Shown here piece by piece: positions 1-10,389 of a DNA stretch of 64,000 nucleotides. A program made the position numbers and the translations under genes. Origin of the DNA: an uncultured Actinomycetes bacterium (GTDB lineage Bacteria > Actinomycetota > Coriobacteriia > Anaerosomatales > CAWKMJ01); the NCBI GenBank assembly GCA_963850695.1, contig CAWKMJ010000001.1, forward strand, positions 1,022,764 to 1,086,763, read 5' to 3'. The notes below the pieces were generated by a model. The model made no database searches. It saw only the letters and a program-made list of their open reading frames with translations, and was not told the origin of the DNA. How positions within the stretch are numbered: the stretch's first letter is position 1; every line of letters starts with the position of its first letter.

Positions 1-133
1 ATGCCGTCGCTGCCACCGATCAGCTCCGGCTCGATTCCATAGACCTGCTTGATCACGGCCGCCACACGGGCGGCCCCGGGCAGGTAGTTTCATTCTTGGC
101 AGTACTCGATAGTGACACGCTGCTACGCATCAT
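1..133 (-). CDS. Rdx (SelW/SelT/SelH) family selenoprotein, N-terminal part; in-frame UGA (Sec) at 90-92; runs off the left edge
   Basis: The minus strand reads RVTIEYCQE-TGA-NYLPGAARVAAVIKQVYGIEPELIGGSDG. This is the Rdx-fold CxxU motif, with TGA where CxxC paralogs have Cys. A GGGAGGG SD plus ATGATG lies at 128-133, but one indel is needed to join that start to the Sec frame (TAG at 123-125 in that frame). A SECIS-like hairpin follows. Confidence 0.6.
57..75 (-). promoter_or_regulatory. SECIS-like hairpin downstream of the UGA at 90-92
   Basis: The RNA is GGCCGCC-CGUGU-GGCGGCC: a perfect 7-bp stem and a 5-nt loop containing GU. It starts 14 nt after the UGA. Confidence 0.5.
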
Positions 134-236
134 GACCCTCCCTGCAGTCCGCGCCCCCGAGTGTGGCGAGTGTGATCGGGTCCAGAGAGCTCCGGAGTCG
201 AAGACGCCGATCTGAGCGCGGCAAAGGGGCTCCGCA

Positions 237-635
237 CTAGATGCCGAGCACCTGCGCGGTGCGCTCGGTGTCGCTCGTCCTGATCACCACGTTGGTGTGC
301 TCGCCATCGCCGGTCGTCGCGTAGATCCACTCCACGTTGACTCCCGCGTTCGCCAGCGTCCGAGCCAGCCACTGCAGCTGACCCGCACGCTGCTCAAGCG
401 ACACGAGGACGACCTTGTTGTGTTTCACTGTCGCACCCAGGTCGGTGAGCACCCGCTCGGCAACCGCATTGTCGCCGGTCAGCAGCATGAACTCGCCGTG
501 GTCTCCCTTGTCGTATGCGCCGATGGCACGAATGTCGACGCCCTCCTCGGCCAGCGCCTCGGTCACCTCGGCCAGCAGCCCCACCTTGGTAGGTGCTTTG
601 ATGAAGAGTTCCTCGACCACACGCACGTCTGCCAT
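237..635 (-). CDS. ACT domain-containing protein
   Basis: Intact ORF with two ACT-like halves (VGLLAEVTEALAEEGVDIRAI and AGQLQWLARTLANAGVNVEWIY). The ATG at 635 is preceded by AGGAGAGGG. Confidence 0.7.
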   Translation of the reverse strand: MADVRVVEELFIKAPTKVGLLAEVTEALAEEGVDIRAIGAYDKGDHGEFMLLTGDNAVAERVLTDLGATVKHNKVVLVSLEQRAGQLQWLARTLANAGVNVEWIYATTGDGEHTNVVIRTSDTERTAQVLGI

Positions 636-692
636 GATGGACCCTCTCCTCTCGGGCACGGACGCAAGATGCGCCCACCCAGTACCTAGTGA

Positions 693-714
693 GTACCCGT
701 ACTGGAACGGGTAC
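693..714. promoter_or_regulatory. Perfect 8-bp inverted repeat GTACCCGT-N6-ACGGGTAC in the divergent ACT/rubrerythrin intergenic region (candidate operator)
   Basis: Read directly from the sequence. It is flanked by AGTACCT (681-687) and AGTACCC (692-698) half-site-like repeats. Confidence 0.4.
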
Positions 715-752
715 CCACTTCACGACAGCCAGCCGAGCAGACAGGAGGCACG

Positions 753-1326
753 ATGGGACTCAAGGGAACCAAGACGGAAGAGAACCTACTCAAGGCATTC
801 GCGGGCGAGTCGCAGGCACGCACGCGCTACACGTTCTTTGCCAGCAAGGCCCGCAAGGAAGGGTACGTGCAGATCTCGAACCTGTTCCTTGAAACAGCCG
901 AGAACGAGAAGGAGCACGCCAAGGTCTTCTTCAAGCATCTCGAGGGCGGAACGGCAGAGATCACGGCCACGTACCCGGCGGGCAAGATCGCTTCGACGGC
1001 CGAGAACCTTCGTGCGGCGGCCGACGGCGAGAAGGAGGAGTGGGACATTCTCTACCCCGACTTCGCCGACGTGGCCGAAGAAGGAGGGCTTCGCCGCCGT
1101 GGCGGAGTCTTTCCGCGAGATCGCCGAGGTCGAGTCGTGGCACGAGCGCCGCTATCGCAAGCTCCTCGACAACGTGGAGCAGGGTATCGTCTTCAAGCGC
1201 AACGAGCCGGTGCGCTGGAAGTGCGGGAACTGCGGCTACGTCCACGAAGGTGCCGAGGCACCCTCGCAGTGTCCTGCCTGCAGTCACCCACAGGCCCACT
1301 TCGAGATTTGGACCGAGCCGTACTAG
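753..1326 (+). CDS. rbr: Rubrerythrin (diiron domain plus C-terminal rubredoxin-like domain), one frame break
   Basis: ENLLKAFAGESQARTRY and EHAKVF lie in the frame starting at 753. ESWHERRYRKLL plus CGNCGY...CPAC lie in the frame ending at 1326. The frame switch is near 1080-1090. Confidence 0.85.
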
Positions 1327-1339
1327 ACAGACCGGAGGA

Positions 1340-3747
1340 CTACTGCGCCCCCAGCGCGACCTTGATCTCTTGAAGTGTCGGCTCGGTGATGCTCTTGGGA
1401 CCGCCGAGCACGTAGCATGGCGGATCTCATCGGCATGCCCTGTGAGGTAGCCCTTGGTCGTCGTGTTGAGCGGGGAAGCGTCCGTGTAGAGGATGGGCCC
1501 GTTGAGCTTGCCGAGTCCGCTACCTCCCGTGATCGCATCAGGCAGCTTGTTGGCAACCGCCACCGTCTCGTCGCCGAGCCACCCGCGAGCGATGGCGGCA
1601 GCGGCCATGTTGGATGCCACGACGTACCGATTGCTGCCATTGATACGGGTCGCCCCCAGTGCGGAGCGGATGCTCTCCGGCACGGCAGAGGTCGAACCCA
1701 TGACGTAGAAGGAGTCGTAGTCGGCCTTGGCCCAGCTGGCCCTGGGCAGGAAGGTGTTGCGGGAGAGGATGACCGGGAAGTCCTGGTGCGCCGAGGACGG
1801 CGCCGCCGCGAGAGCGTTGTAGAAGTAGGCCGAGTTCTCACCGTTGGTGACGAACGCGGTCTTGGGATACGCGGGACCGAGAACGGCCTGCATGCGCTCG
1901 GCGATGTTGTAGGCCACGGCGTAGCGGTCCGACCCGCTCACCCGATCGTTGACGTTGAGTCGTGGCGACAGCTTCCTGATCTCGCTCTGCACCCAGCTGG
2001 GAACCGACACCGGGCCCCCCACGATGTGGACGTATATCGTCTGGCCGGGATTGGCCGCGACGATGTTCTGAAGCGCGATGCGGGTCGTCGAGTTGATCTC
2101 CTTCTTGGGATTGGTGCCCCAGACCAGCAGCAGCGGCGCATCGTAGATGCCCGAGAGTCCTGATGCCGTCAGCGGGTCGGCTGCAGCCCGATCCTCTCCG
2201 GCGGCAAGGATGACATGTCGCACGCCGACGTATCCGGGCCAGCCCTCCTTGGCGAGATTCACTGCCACTGCATAGCGGTCATACCCGGAGATGCGCTCGA
2301 CGTCGGTGGCCACGGTCTCAACGACTCTGCCTGGGGAGGTCGCCGGCTGGTAGGTCGCGTCGCCAGCGTATCGAAGCTCATAGGTGGTGTAGCGCGCCGA
2401 GGGCGCGACGTGTGCCCAGTAGACGTCGGATGATGCATCGTAGTTGGCTGTCCCGACCATCACAGGGCTGCCGGTGGGAGTGGTGTCCCCCGTGCCGGCC
2501 CACAGCGTCACTGTCCGTGACACGCCGCCCAGGGGTCGTCCTGCCGCATCGCTCAGCCGGCCCCAGACAGCCACCTTGGCACCGCGCGGGACCTCCGTGT
2601 CTGAGATCTCGCAGGTCAGTGACGTAGGAGTCTCAGTGATCTCAGATGTCGCGAAACCGAGCGAGTAGACGCCTGACATGTTGCGCCCCGAGCGCCACAT
2701 CTTCCACATGGCAGCCGCTCCGTTCGCACCGAAGTAGCCCGGGTCGTAGAGAACACTCATGGCGTAGTTGCGCTGGTCGTTGAAGGTGCCTGGGGGGCCG
2801 TAACCGTTGAACGTACCGCCCCCGCCGATGCTGGCGATCGGGTTGTTGCCGGTGTCCTTGGTCCAGTTGAGGCCATCGGTCGAGGAAGCGTAGCCGATGC
2901 CCATGTTCCCGCCTCCACCGGAAGCTGCATTCCAGTCGTACTTGCCCGCGCCGCCGTACCAGAGGTGCCACTCGGTCGGCGAGCTCTTCACGACCGCCAC
3001 GCGCGAGAGGGAGCTCGAGTCCCACTCGACGGTCGGGCTCGTGCTGCCTAGATCCACTGCGACGGCAGGACTGCCGAGCGTCCACGTCGTGCCATCAGAT
3101 GACGACACGTTGTAGATGCGGCCGTTGTTGTCCGCCCATCCGCGGTAGGCCCCGCCGTCGTACATGACGTGAAGGTCGTAGACGGGCGAGCCGGGGTTGA
3201 GCCATCCGGGCTCGTCGGGAGGACACACGTCGAGCGGGTAGTTCGTGTGCCAGAACTCGCCATCAGCGGAGTAGGCGAAACGGACGAGGCTGCCGTTGCC
3301 CGCCTCCCAGAACCAGCCCTTGTAGTAGGGATCCACTGCGTAGGTCTCAGTGGATGAGGCCTGGATCGGATCGCCGACGGAGTCACCGAATGCGGCCGCA
3401 TCGTAGAGCACCTGCGGATGCCGCCAGTCCCCGGCAAGGACCGGGGCCAAGCCCCAGCGCTCCCAGGTCTCCCCGTCGTGGGAGTAGGCGAGCCACGTCT
3501 CGCCTCCATCGTCGTAGTACATCTTGTAGGCGAAGTCCTTGCCGTTGCCATCGAATCCCGTTGCGCTGTAGAGGACCGAGGGATAGTAGGCCCGATGAGG
3601 GGAACCCCAGTCGTAGATGGGGTTCGAACCCCAGTCGTACCACGTGGGTGGAACACCCATCGCAGCCGCCGGGATCGTCATGAGCACCATCAGAGCCACT
3701 AGAACGATGGCCAGAGCTCGCGTCCGGCCGCAATCCGAGTACCGCAT
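1340..3747 (-). CDS. Large secreted protein: W/Y/G-rich beta-propeller-like N-terminal region plus three cell wall binding repeat 2 (CWB2)-like units
   Basis: The MRYSD start at 3747 is followed by the hydrophobic segment ALAIVLVALMVLMTIPAAAMG. The C-terminal half has three DRYAVA/NRYVVA-type units. The tail YVLGGPKSITEPTLQEIKVALGAQ-stop at 1340 is reached only after a frame switch near 1405. Confidence 0.6.
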
Positions 3748-4034
3748 GTCATTCTCCCTCTGAGAGGCAACGGGTACCCGGCTTCCGGGCACCTTCGTGC
3801 TGTCCGTCTACGCTCCGTATCGACCACTTCGCGGCCTCGCCTGAGCGAGTCGAGTCGAGCGACGCGCGCGTACGACGGCGCGTTCCATCCGCGGTCGCCA
3901 TGTTTCCGCAGGTAAATGACACAATTGTTACAATGCAGGAGTTGGCGTGGGTGTTGCAGAACATGATACCGTGGACGGACAAGATCGCCTCGCCGGCACG
4001 GGGCTGGACAACCGTACCGGGAGGCACGAGCACC

Positions 4035-5232
4035 ATGGCTCACGTCACATCACTCTTCTTCGATGGACCCCTCTCCGAGATCGAGAACAAGGCGTTCAAG
4101 GCCTACACCCTCGGCCGGCCGAGCGAGGTCATCTGGAACATCACCAACCGCTGCAACCTGCTGTGCGACCACTGCTACATGGCGGCGGACGCCCACGCGA
4201 AGGACGATCAGCTCTCCGACGAGGAGTCCATCGAGCTCGTGCGACAGATGGGTGAAGCCGGCGTGCCCCTGCTCTTCCTCACCGGCGGGGAGCCGTTCAT
4301 GCGGTCGAACTTCTGGGAGATCCTCTCCGAAGCGAAGCAGCAGGGCATACGCGTCACCATCTCGACGAACGCCACGACTCATCGATCGTGACATCGCCAA
4401 GCGCCTCAAGGCCCACGGCGTCGACTACATCGCGACCTCCCTCTACGGACCCGCCGAGTTCCACGACGCGATGGTGGGCGTTCCCGGAACGCGCGACCGG
4501 GTCGTCGAGGCGATCAAGATCCTGCGCGAGGAGGGCGTCGGCGTCGCGCTCAAGACTGCCGTGAGCACGGAGACCTGGCCCTACATCTTCGACCTCATCC
4601 AGGAGGCCAAGGACCTGGACGCGGGCCTGATCTACCTCTGCGACCTCATCACATCCGGGCAGAAGCGAGGGCGAGGACGACGGCCGCATCTCCGTCGACC
4701 AGTGGCGCGAGCTGGCCGACTTCATCGTCGAGGACGTCCTCGACGAGAACGTGAAGCTCGAGTACGACATCGGGGCGATGCCATCGTTCATCCCCTACGT
4801 CGCCGAGCGCTTCACCGAGCGCGGCCACGATCTCAGCCGCGGACTCGAGCGGCTCAAGACCGTGAGCGCCTGCCCCGTTGGCAAGGGCCACATGAACATC
4901 AACTCCGAGGGCGGCATCATGCCCTGCCAGTTCGCTCAGGACTGGACGATCGGCAACATCCGCGAGATGACACTCGATGAGGCGACCCGCGAGCTCTTCA
5001 AGCTGGCCGACGCCGAGCACCAAGGGAATCTGCAGCGAGACCGAGTGCGACTACGCGCTCATCTGCCGGGGGTGCCGCACCAAGGCGTTCCATCAGTTCG
5101 GCGACCCCATGGCCGAGGACACGACGTGCATGCTGCAAGAGCGAGCAACGGCCGCGAGTCCCGTTGCGCGCAGCTATCTCGATCTCGGAGTCACCCGCCG
5201 CACCGTGTTGCGGCCCCGGCTCATGCGGGTAG
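4035..5232 (+). CDS. Radical SAM/SPASM-domain protein (AhbD/NirJ-like by overall pattern), several frame breaks
   Basis: It has the CNLLCDHCY CxxxCxxC motif, GGEP, and a Cys-rich C-terminal part (ACPVGKGHMNINSEGGIMPCQF, CSETECDYALICRGCR). The pieces lie in four frames, with breaks near 4385, 4670 and 5020. The 3' end is uncertain. Confidence 0.6.
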
Positions 5233-6578
5233 GACCTGGGACGGGACCAGCGTCGGCACGGTCGAGCCACGATACGCCGCGGCTAGTTCGAGCGGTCCTC
5301 GGTGCAGCCGCCGATTCCCTCGGACCTCGTACGCCTCGAGGAACGCCTCGACGACGAGCGGGTCGAACTGGGTCCCTGAGCACCGCATGATCTCGCTCGC
5401 GGCCTGGGCTGAAGACATCGCAGCTTGCTGTAGGGCCGCTGCGTGGTCATCGCATCGTAGCTATCGGCGACCGCGAGTATGCGCGCCTCCAGAGGTATCG
5501 CATCCCCTGACAGGCCGTCAGGGTACCCCTTGCCGTCCCACCGCTCGTGGTGGTGCCGGATGAGATCGACGATGGGCGCCATGAAGGGCACTGCCGCCAG
5601 GATGTCCGCCCCCGAGCCGGGATGCTCCCGCATCGACGCCCACTCCTGCTCGTCAAGCTTCCAGGGCTTGGACAGAACAGTCTCACTGACACCGATCTTC
5701 CCGATGTCGTGCAGCAGAGCCGCTCGCTCGAGCCGCATGGCGTCTGCCGGATGCAGCAGGTGACAGTTGATCGCGAGTGCGAGCTCGGCCACGTTGACCG
5801 AGTGTTTCGCGGTATACGAGTCCTTGGCGTCTACGACCGCAAGCAGCGCCTGGAACGTGCCCGAGCGCCTGTTCCACCATGTCGCTCGTGGACTCGGCCA
5901 AGCGATGATTGAGCCGTTCGACGTCCTCTTGGTCGCGCTCGATCTGAGTGATCGCACGCCTCACGACGAGCTGCAGGCCAACGAACGCGAACATCGCCGC
6001 TCCGAGGACCGTCAGCACCGAGGCGCCCACCGACTTCTGAATCGATGGCAGAACCTCAGCGTAGGGTTGCACGGCGACCACGAAGCCATCCACGGACTCC
6101 CCGCTATCGAGATACAGTGGCGCGCAGACCTTGAGGACCCGTCCGTCGCCCGACGCGAGGCTGCTCGCCGCAACCACCTCTGAGTAGAGCTGCCCGCCAA
6201 GCGCGCCCTTCGAGGACCCGCACATGTCGAGCTGGCAGCCTCGTTCGTCTTGGTCGGTGGAGTAGACGACCAGCCCGTCGGAGTTGGCGAGTCTCATGCC
6301 CGTGATTGAGCCCGTCTCGTACGTGGCCTGAACGACCGCATCGAGCTGGCGTCACCTGGTCGGGAGCAACGACCTCCTCCAGATCGCGAGGATCAAGAAC
6401 GCTGTCGGCCACAGTGCACGCGCTTGCTGCGATGACCTCCGAGTACCCGTCCTGCGCAGCATCGCCCACGATGTAGCCGACAGCGACGGCTGCGAGCAAG
6501 CGCAGGAATGCCGATGAGGAGGAACCCCCATCGGGAGACGAAGCGAAGTGATGCAAGCGCCTGGTTGTTGTCAGTCAT
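5221..6578 (-). CDS. Membrane sensor protein with HD-GYP domain (c-di-GMP phosphodiesterase type), several frame breaks
   Basis: It carries the HDIGK and HHERWDGKGYPDGL signatures. The N-terminal part has a TM segment, an extracytoplasmic region and a second TM segment. The segments are spread over at least four frames. Confidence 0.7.
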
Positions 6579-6760
6579 GTTGTGTGCTGGCTGTCGCGGG
6601 CGTTGCGGTGGAGCCGTGCCCAGAGCGCACGGATACGACCAGCTCCCCCTACATCGTACGAGGTGAGCGGTGCGAGTCCATCGCTGGCGGATGAATGGAG
6701 GGTACGGGCGTGCCGGAGGCGGTCTGAACGCAGCTGAACGAGGCCCTTGGCGAGGCCATC

Positions 6761-7309
6761 CTACCAGTACTTCGGGTCGTCGAACGCGCTCGCGAGCGCC
6801 ACCGTGCCGAGCACGCCGTCGAGAGCGGAACTTGCCAGCTCAAGGACCATCCAGGCTTCACCGGGAACGTCGTGGGGTGGCTTGATCCCGTACGGCAGCG
6901 CCTGGACGAACCCGAACCGCGGGTAGTACTCGGGGTGGCCGAGCACGAGCGCGATCTTCTCCCCTATCATGCGCGCTCTCTCGGTTCCCTCACGGACCAG
7001 GCGGCTGCCGACGCCGGTGTCCTGGAAGTCGGGTCGCACCGACAGGGGCGCGAGCAGGACGGCGGGCGTCTTCCTCTTGATCGAGCCGGGCAGCGGCTCT
7101 TCGATGAAGGCCCGCGTCAGCATCACATGTCCCACGATGTCGCCATCGAGTTCGGCAACGATGTCCAGGTCAGGGATGTAGGCGTCGTCGTTGTAGAGGT
7201 CTTCGACGAGCTCGACCTCATCGGTGCCCTCGAAAGCCTGCTCGAGCAGGGTCCTGACGACCGCGCGATCCATCTCCTCGGCAGGCCGGATAGTCACAGC
7301 TGATGACAT
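6761..7309 (-). CDS. GNAT family N-acetyltransferase
   Basis: Intact ORF with an acetyl-CoA-binding-like segment (RPDFQDTGVGSRLV) and the C-terminal YYPRFGF pattern. The ATG at 7309 follows AGGGGAGG. Confidence 0.75.
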   Translation of the reverse strand: MSSAVTIRPAEEMDRAVVRTLLEQAFEGTDEVELVEDLYNDDAYIPDLDIVAELDGDIVGHVMLTRAFIEEPLPGSIKRKTPAVLLAPLSVRPDFQDTGVGSRLVREGTERARMIGEKIALVLGHPEYYPRFGFVQALPYGIKPPHDVPGEAWMVLELASSALDGVLGTVALASAFDDPKYW

Positions 7310-7381
7310 GCGCCTCCCCTCCGTCGGCATTCAATAGGTGTGTACCCCTTGAACCACCCGATCGTCGAGCGCGAGTGCAGG

Positions 7382-8565
7382 CTAGCTGTGCGTCAGCGAG
7401 GGAGTGTCTCCATGGATGAGACGGCCGAGAAGCGGCATCTGGACGCCGATGGCCTTGTCGGGACACATCTCCTGACAGCAGTAGCACCGGATGCACAGCG
7501 AGTAGTCGTGAACCGGCGGCTCTTTGTCCTTGGCGCTCTTGCCCTCCGCCCAATCGACGGCCTTGGGATCCACAGGACAGACCTTGATGCAGGTCCCGCA
7601 CGAGGTGCAGCGTGTCCGCATGGATGACCGGCTTGGGCACCGTGTAGTTGCGGAAGAACGTGGCGGCGCGACCCGTGCCCGTTCCTGTGGTGGAGCCCGT
7701 GCTTCGATTGACGACGAAGTCCTCGACAACGAATTCCTCGATCGGGTCGCCGACTATCTCGACGTCCGAGTGCGTGCCAAGCCCGTACTCCTCGCCGAAC
7801 GTGCACGTCCCCACCAGCGAGACGTCGAGATTCATCATGCGGCAGGCGGTGGCATCGAGTGCCACCGGGTCTTCAGACATGAGGATGCGCGTTCATGGGG
7901 CGGGGGTCACCCGAGCGCGGTCCGTTGCCCTCCATCGCCACCACAGCGTCCATGACGTACAGACGCGCAGGCAAGGCACGGTTGAGATCGACGAGCATCT
8001 GGGCGAAGCGCTCGTCATCGGGCATGCTGGCGTGGAACTCGCCCTTGCGTATCCCGGGTATGCACCCGAACTGATTCTTGATCGGCCCCGGTCATGCGCG
8101 TCAGCCCGTGCGTCTTCATCTTGGAGAGGGAGACGAGACCGTCGGCGTCGAGCACGCCGTTGGCGAAGAACCACTGCTTGATCAGCTTGCCCTCGGGAAA
8201 CGAGATCTGCCGACCGTCGGTGAAGTCGGCGAACGGGATGCTGAGCTCTTCGGCGACGTCCACGAGTCCTGCCTGCTTGGCGGCACCCTCCGGCCGCCCG
8301 AAACCCGGGAGAGTCACCGTATGAGAGGTGGGCGCCCTCGGCCTGGAGATGCATCGGCGACGGCCCGGAAGACCGCCGGATGCGTGGTCACATGGTTCTC
8401 AGGGGTGGTGCCGACGAGCAGATTGGGCTTGAGCACGAGATTGTCGCCGAGCTCGACGAACCGGCATGCGCCGCCGAGCAGCTCGAGACCTCGGCCGACA
8501 GCGCTGCGTGGACCTCATCGGCGTCATAGCTCTCGCAGCGCACCAGGGCAACGTACGGAACTCAT
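7382..8565 (-). CDS. DUF362-type protein with C-terminal 2x[4Fe-4S] ferredoxin domain, several frame breaks
   Basis: Translated pieces include KPNLLVGTTPENHVTTHP, IKNQFGCIPGIRKGEFH and YVMDAVVAMEGNGP. These are followed by CTSCGTCIKVCP and CIRCYCCQEMCP. Confidence 0.6.
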
Positions 8566-8632
8566 GCGGACTCCGTTCGTGATGCGTGTCCTCGTCAACG
8601 AGCGAACGCGCTCGGACGTGCTCGACACCAGT

Positions 8633-9120
8633 CTAGCCGAGAGCGCCTGGAGCTGCTCGAGCTTCATGGTGCGACTGCGTGAGCGCGATGGCAGCGCGAC
8701 TACTCGGCAGAGTGCTCGATCTGCCCAGACCCGTGATAGCTCCTGCGCCCGTTCGGCGTCCTCGGCAAGATCGGTCGCGCGTCGCTGCCTCGAGGACGAC
8801 TCGCGCTCGCTGCGGCCTCCTGTGCGAGCTGCGCCGCTCGCCCAGGTCCGCCGCTGCGCCTGCGCACGAAGGGCAAGAACCTCGCCCAGCAGCAGCGCCT
8901 GCTTCGGGATCCGGCTCGCCGCCCCCGCCCATGAGCATGAGCAGCCCTCGCCGGTGAGCTGGAGGGCCGTGTCGGGATCGACATCGAGCGCCATGCCGAC
9001 GGCTTCGTCCGTGAGCTCCAGCGCCTCTTCGGGGTGCTGCTCGGCAAGCCGGTCGAGGATGCGCCGGAGCATCTGCGCCCATCTGCTCGATCATCCGGAG
9101 ATGTAGTCGGACTGGAACAT
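8633..9120 (-). CDS. Hypothetical protein (MFQSDYIS...MIEQMG...ILDRLAEQHPEEALELTDEAVGMALDVDPDTALQLTGEG), frame breaks, 3' end uncertain
   Basis: The ATG at 9120 is preceded by GAGGAGAG. The coding-like segments are spread over three frames. I could not recognise a domain. Confidence 0.35.
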
Positions 9121-9435
9121 CGCTCTCCTCGCACTTGGTTCTTCCCGCTGCCCGTACGGGCGCAACGGTTAAGGACCGCAGGCATCGCTCGACGGATGTG
9201 TCGAGCAGATGGCGCGGATGTGACACGGTCCTGAGGATCGCTGTTCGTGTCTACGAGATCTATCGCGAGGAGAAGCGACCAGACGGAGTTGCCGTGCGTT
9301 GCGCCCGACGTCCGAGAGCGCCTGGAGTAGTTCCGAGGAGTGCGCTGGGTGGTACTCAACGTGACGCTCAGGGCGGGGATTTCGTGGACACACCGACGCC
9401 GTCGCAAGATGCTGCATGGCCTTCCGGCTCGTGAA

Positions 9436-10309
9436 CTAGCGCACGATCTTGCTGATGGGCACCTCGAGGATGTCCTCGGCGCCGGCTGCCTTGAGCCTGG
9501 GAATGAGTATGTTGACCGTCGCCTTGTCGGCCACAGTGGTGATCTCGTAGTCGTCGGATCCGTAGAGCTGGTTGACTGTGGGCTTCTTCATCGCAGGCAG
9601 CTCGGCGACGACCGCTCGATGTCCTCCTCGGCCACGTTCATCGAGAGCAGTACGCGCCCCCGGGCCTCGATGACGCCGAGGAGGAGCGTACGGATCTCCT
9701 CGATAGCCTGCCTCTTCTCGCGGATCGGCCCAGGCCTCCTTGCTGGCAAGAAGCCGTGTCGTCGAAGTGAGAACGGTGTCGACGATCTTGAGGCCGTTGC
9801 GTCGGAGCGTCGAGCCCGTCTCGGTGAGATCGACCAGAGCGTCCATCATCTCGGGCACCTTCGCCTCGGTTGCTCCGTAGGAGAAGTGCACCTCGACATC
9901 GATGCCCAGCTCATCGAAGAACGCCTTGGTCGCCTTGGGAAACTCGGTTGTGATGCGGCTGCCCGGCGCGATGTCGGACGCGCTCTCGATGGGCGACTCC
10001 TGGGGCACAGCAAGGACCATCTGCACGAATCCGGTACCGGTCTTCGCGTAGGGCAGCTCTGCGACCTCGACGACATCGGCTTCGCTCTCGCGAACCCAGT
10101 CGTGGCCCGAGATGCCGATGTCGAAGTAGCCGTCCTGCACGAACACGGGAATCTCCTGCGGGCCGGAGGATCTTCACGCGCTCGATGCGCGGATCGTCGA
10201 TAGTGGGGTTGTAGGCTCGGCTCGACTTCTTGACCTCGAGGTCGGCCTGGGAGAACAGAAGCAGCGTCTGCTCCTCGAGACTGCCTTTGGGAAGCGCGAG
10301 TGAGAGCAT
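9436..10309 (-). CDS. hisG: ATP phosphoribosyltransferase (long form), frame breaks
   Basis: It starts MLSLALPKGSLEEQT. It then reads VQDGYFDIGISGHDWV and SYGATEAKVPEMMDALVDLTETGSTLRRNGL. The regulatory tail is ATVNILIPRLKAAGAEDILEVPISKIVR. Confidence 0.85.
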
Positions 10310-10389
10310 GGGTTGGGATTCCTCTCGTCCGTTGACGCCGGGTTGATCGGACTGCGACGAGCGCATCCGCGCACTCGGATTCTATCGCA

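Noticed and set aside
961-1339. The C-terminal 380 nt of the 943-aa ORF 961..3792
   Set aside because: After a frame correction near 1405 the protein ends naturally at 1340 (YVLGGPKSITEPTLQEIKVALGAQ-stop). The extension is antisense to rubrerythrin.
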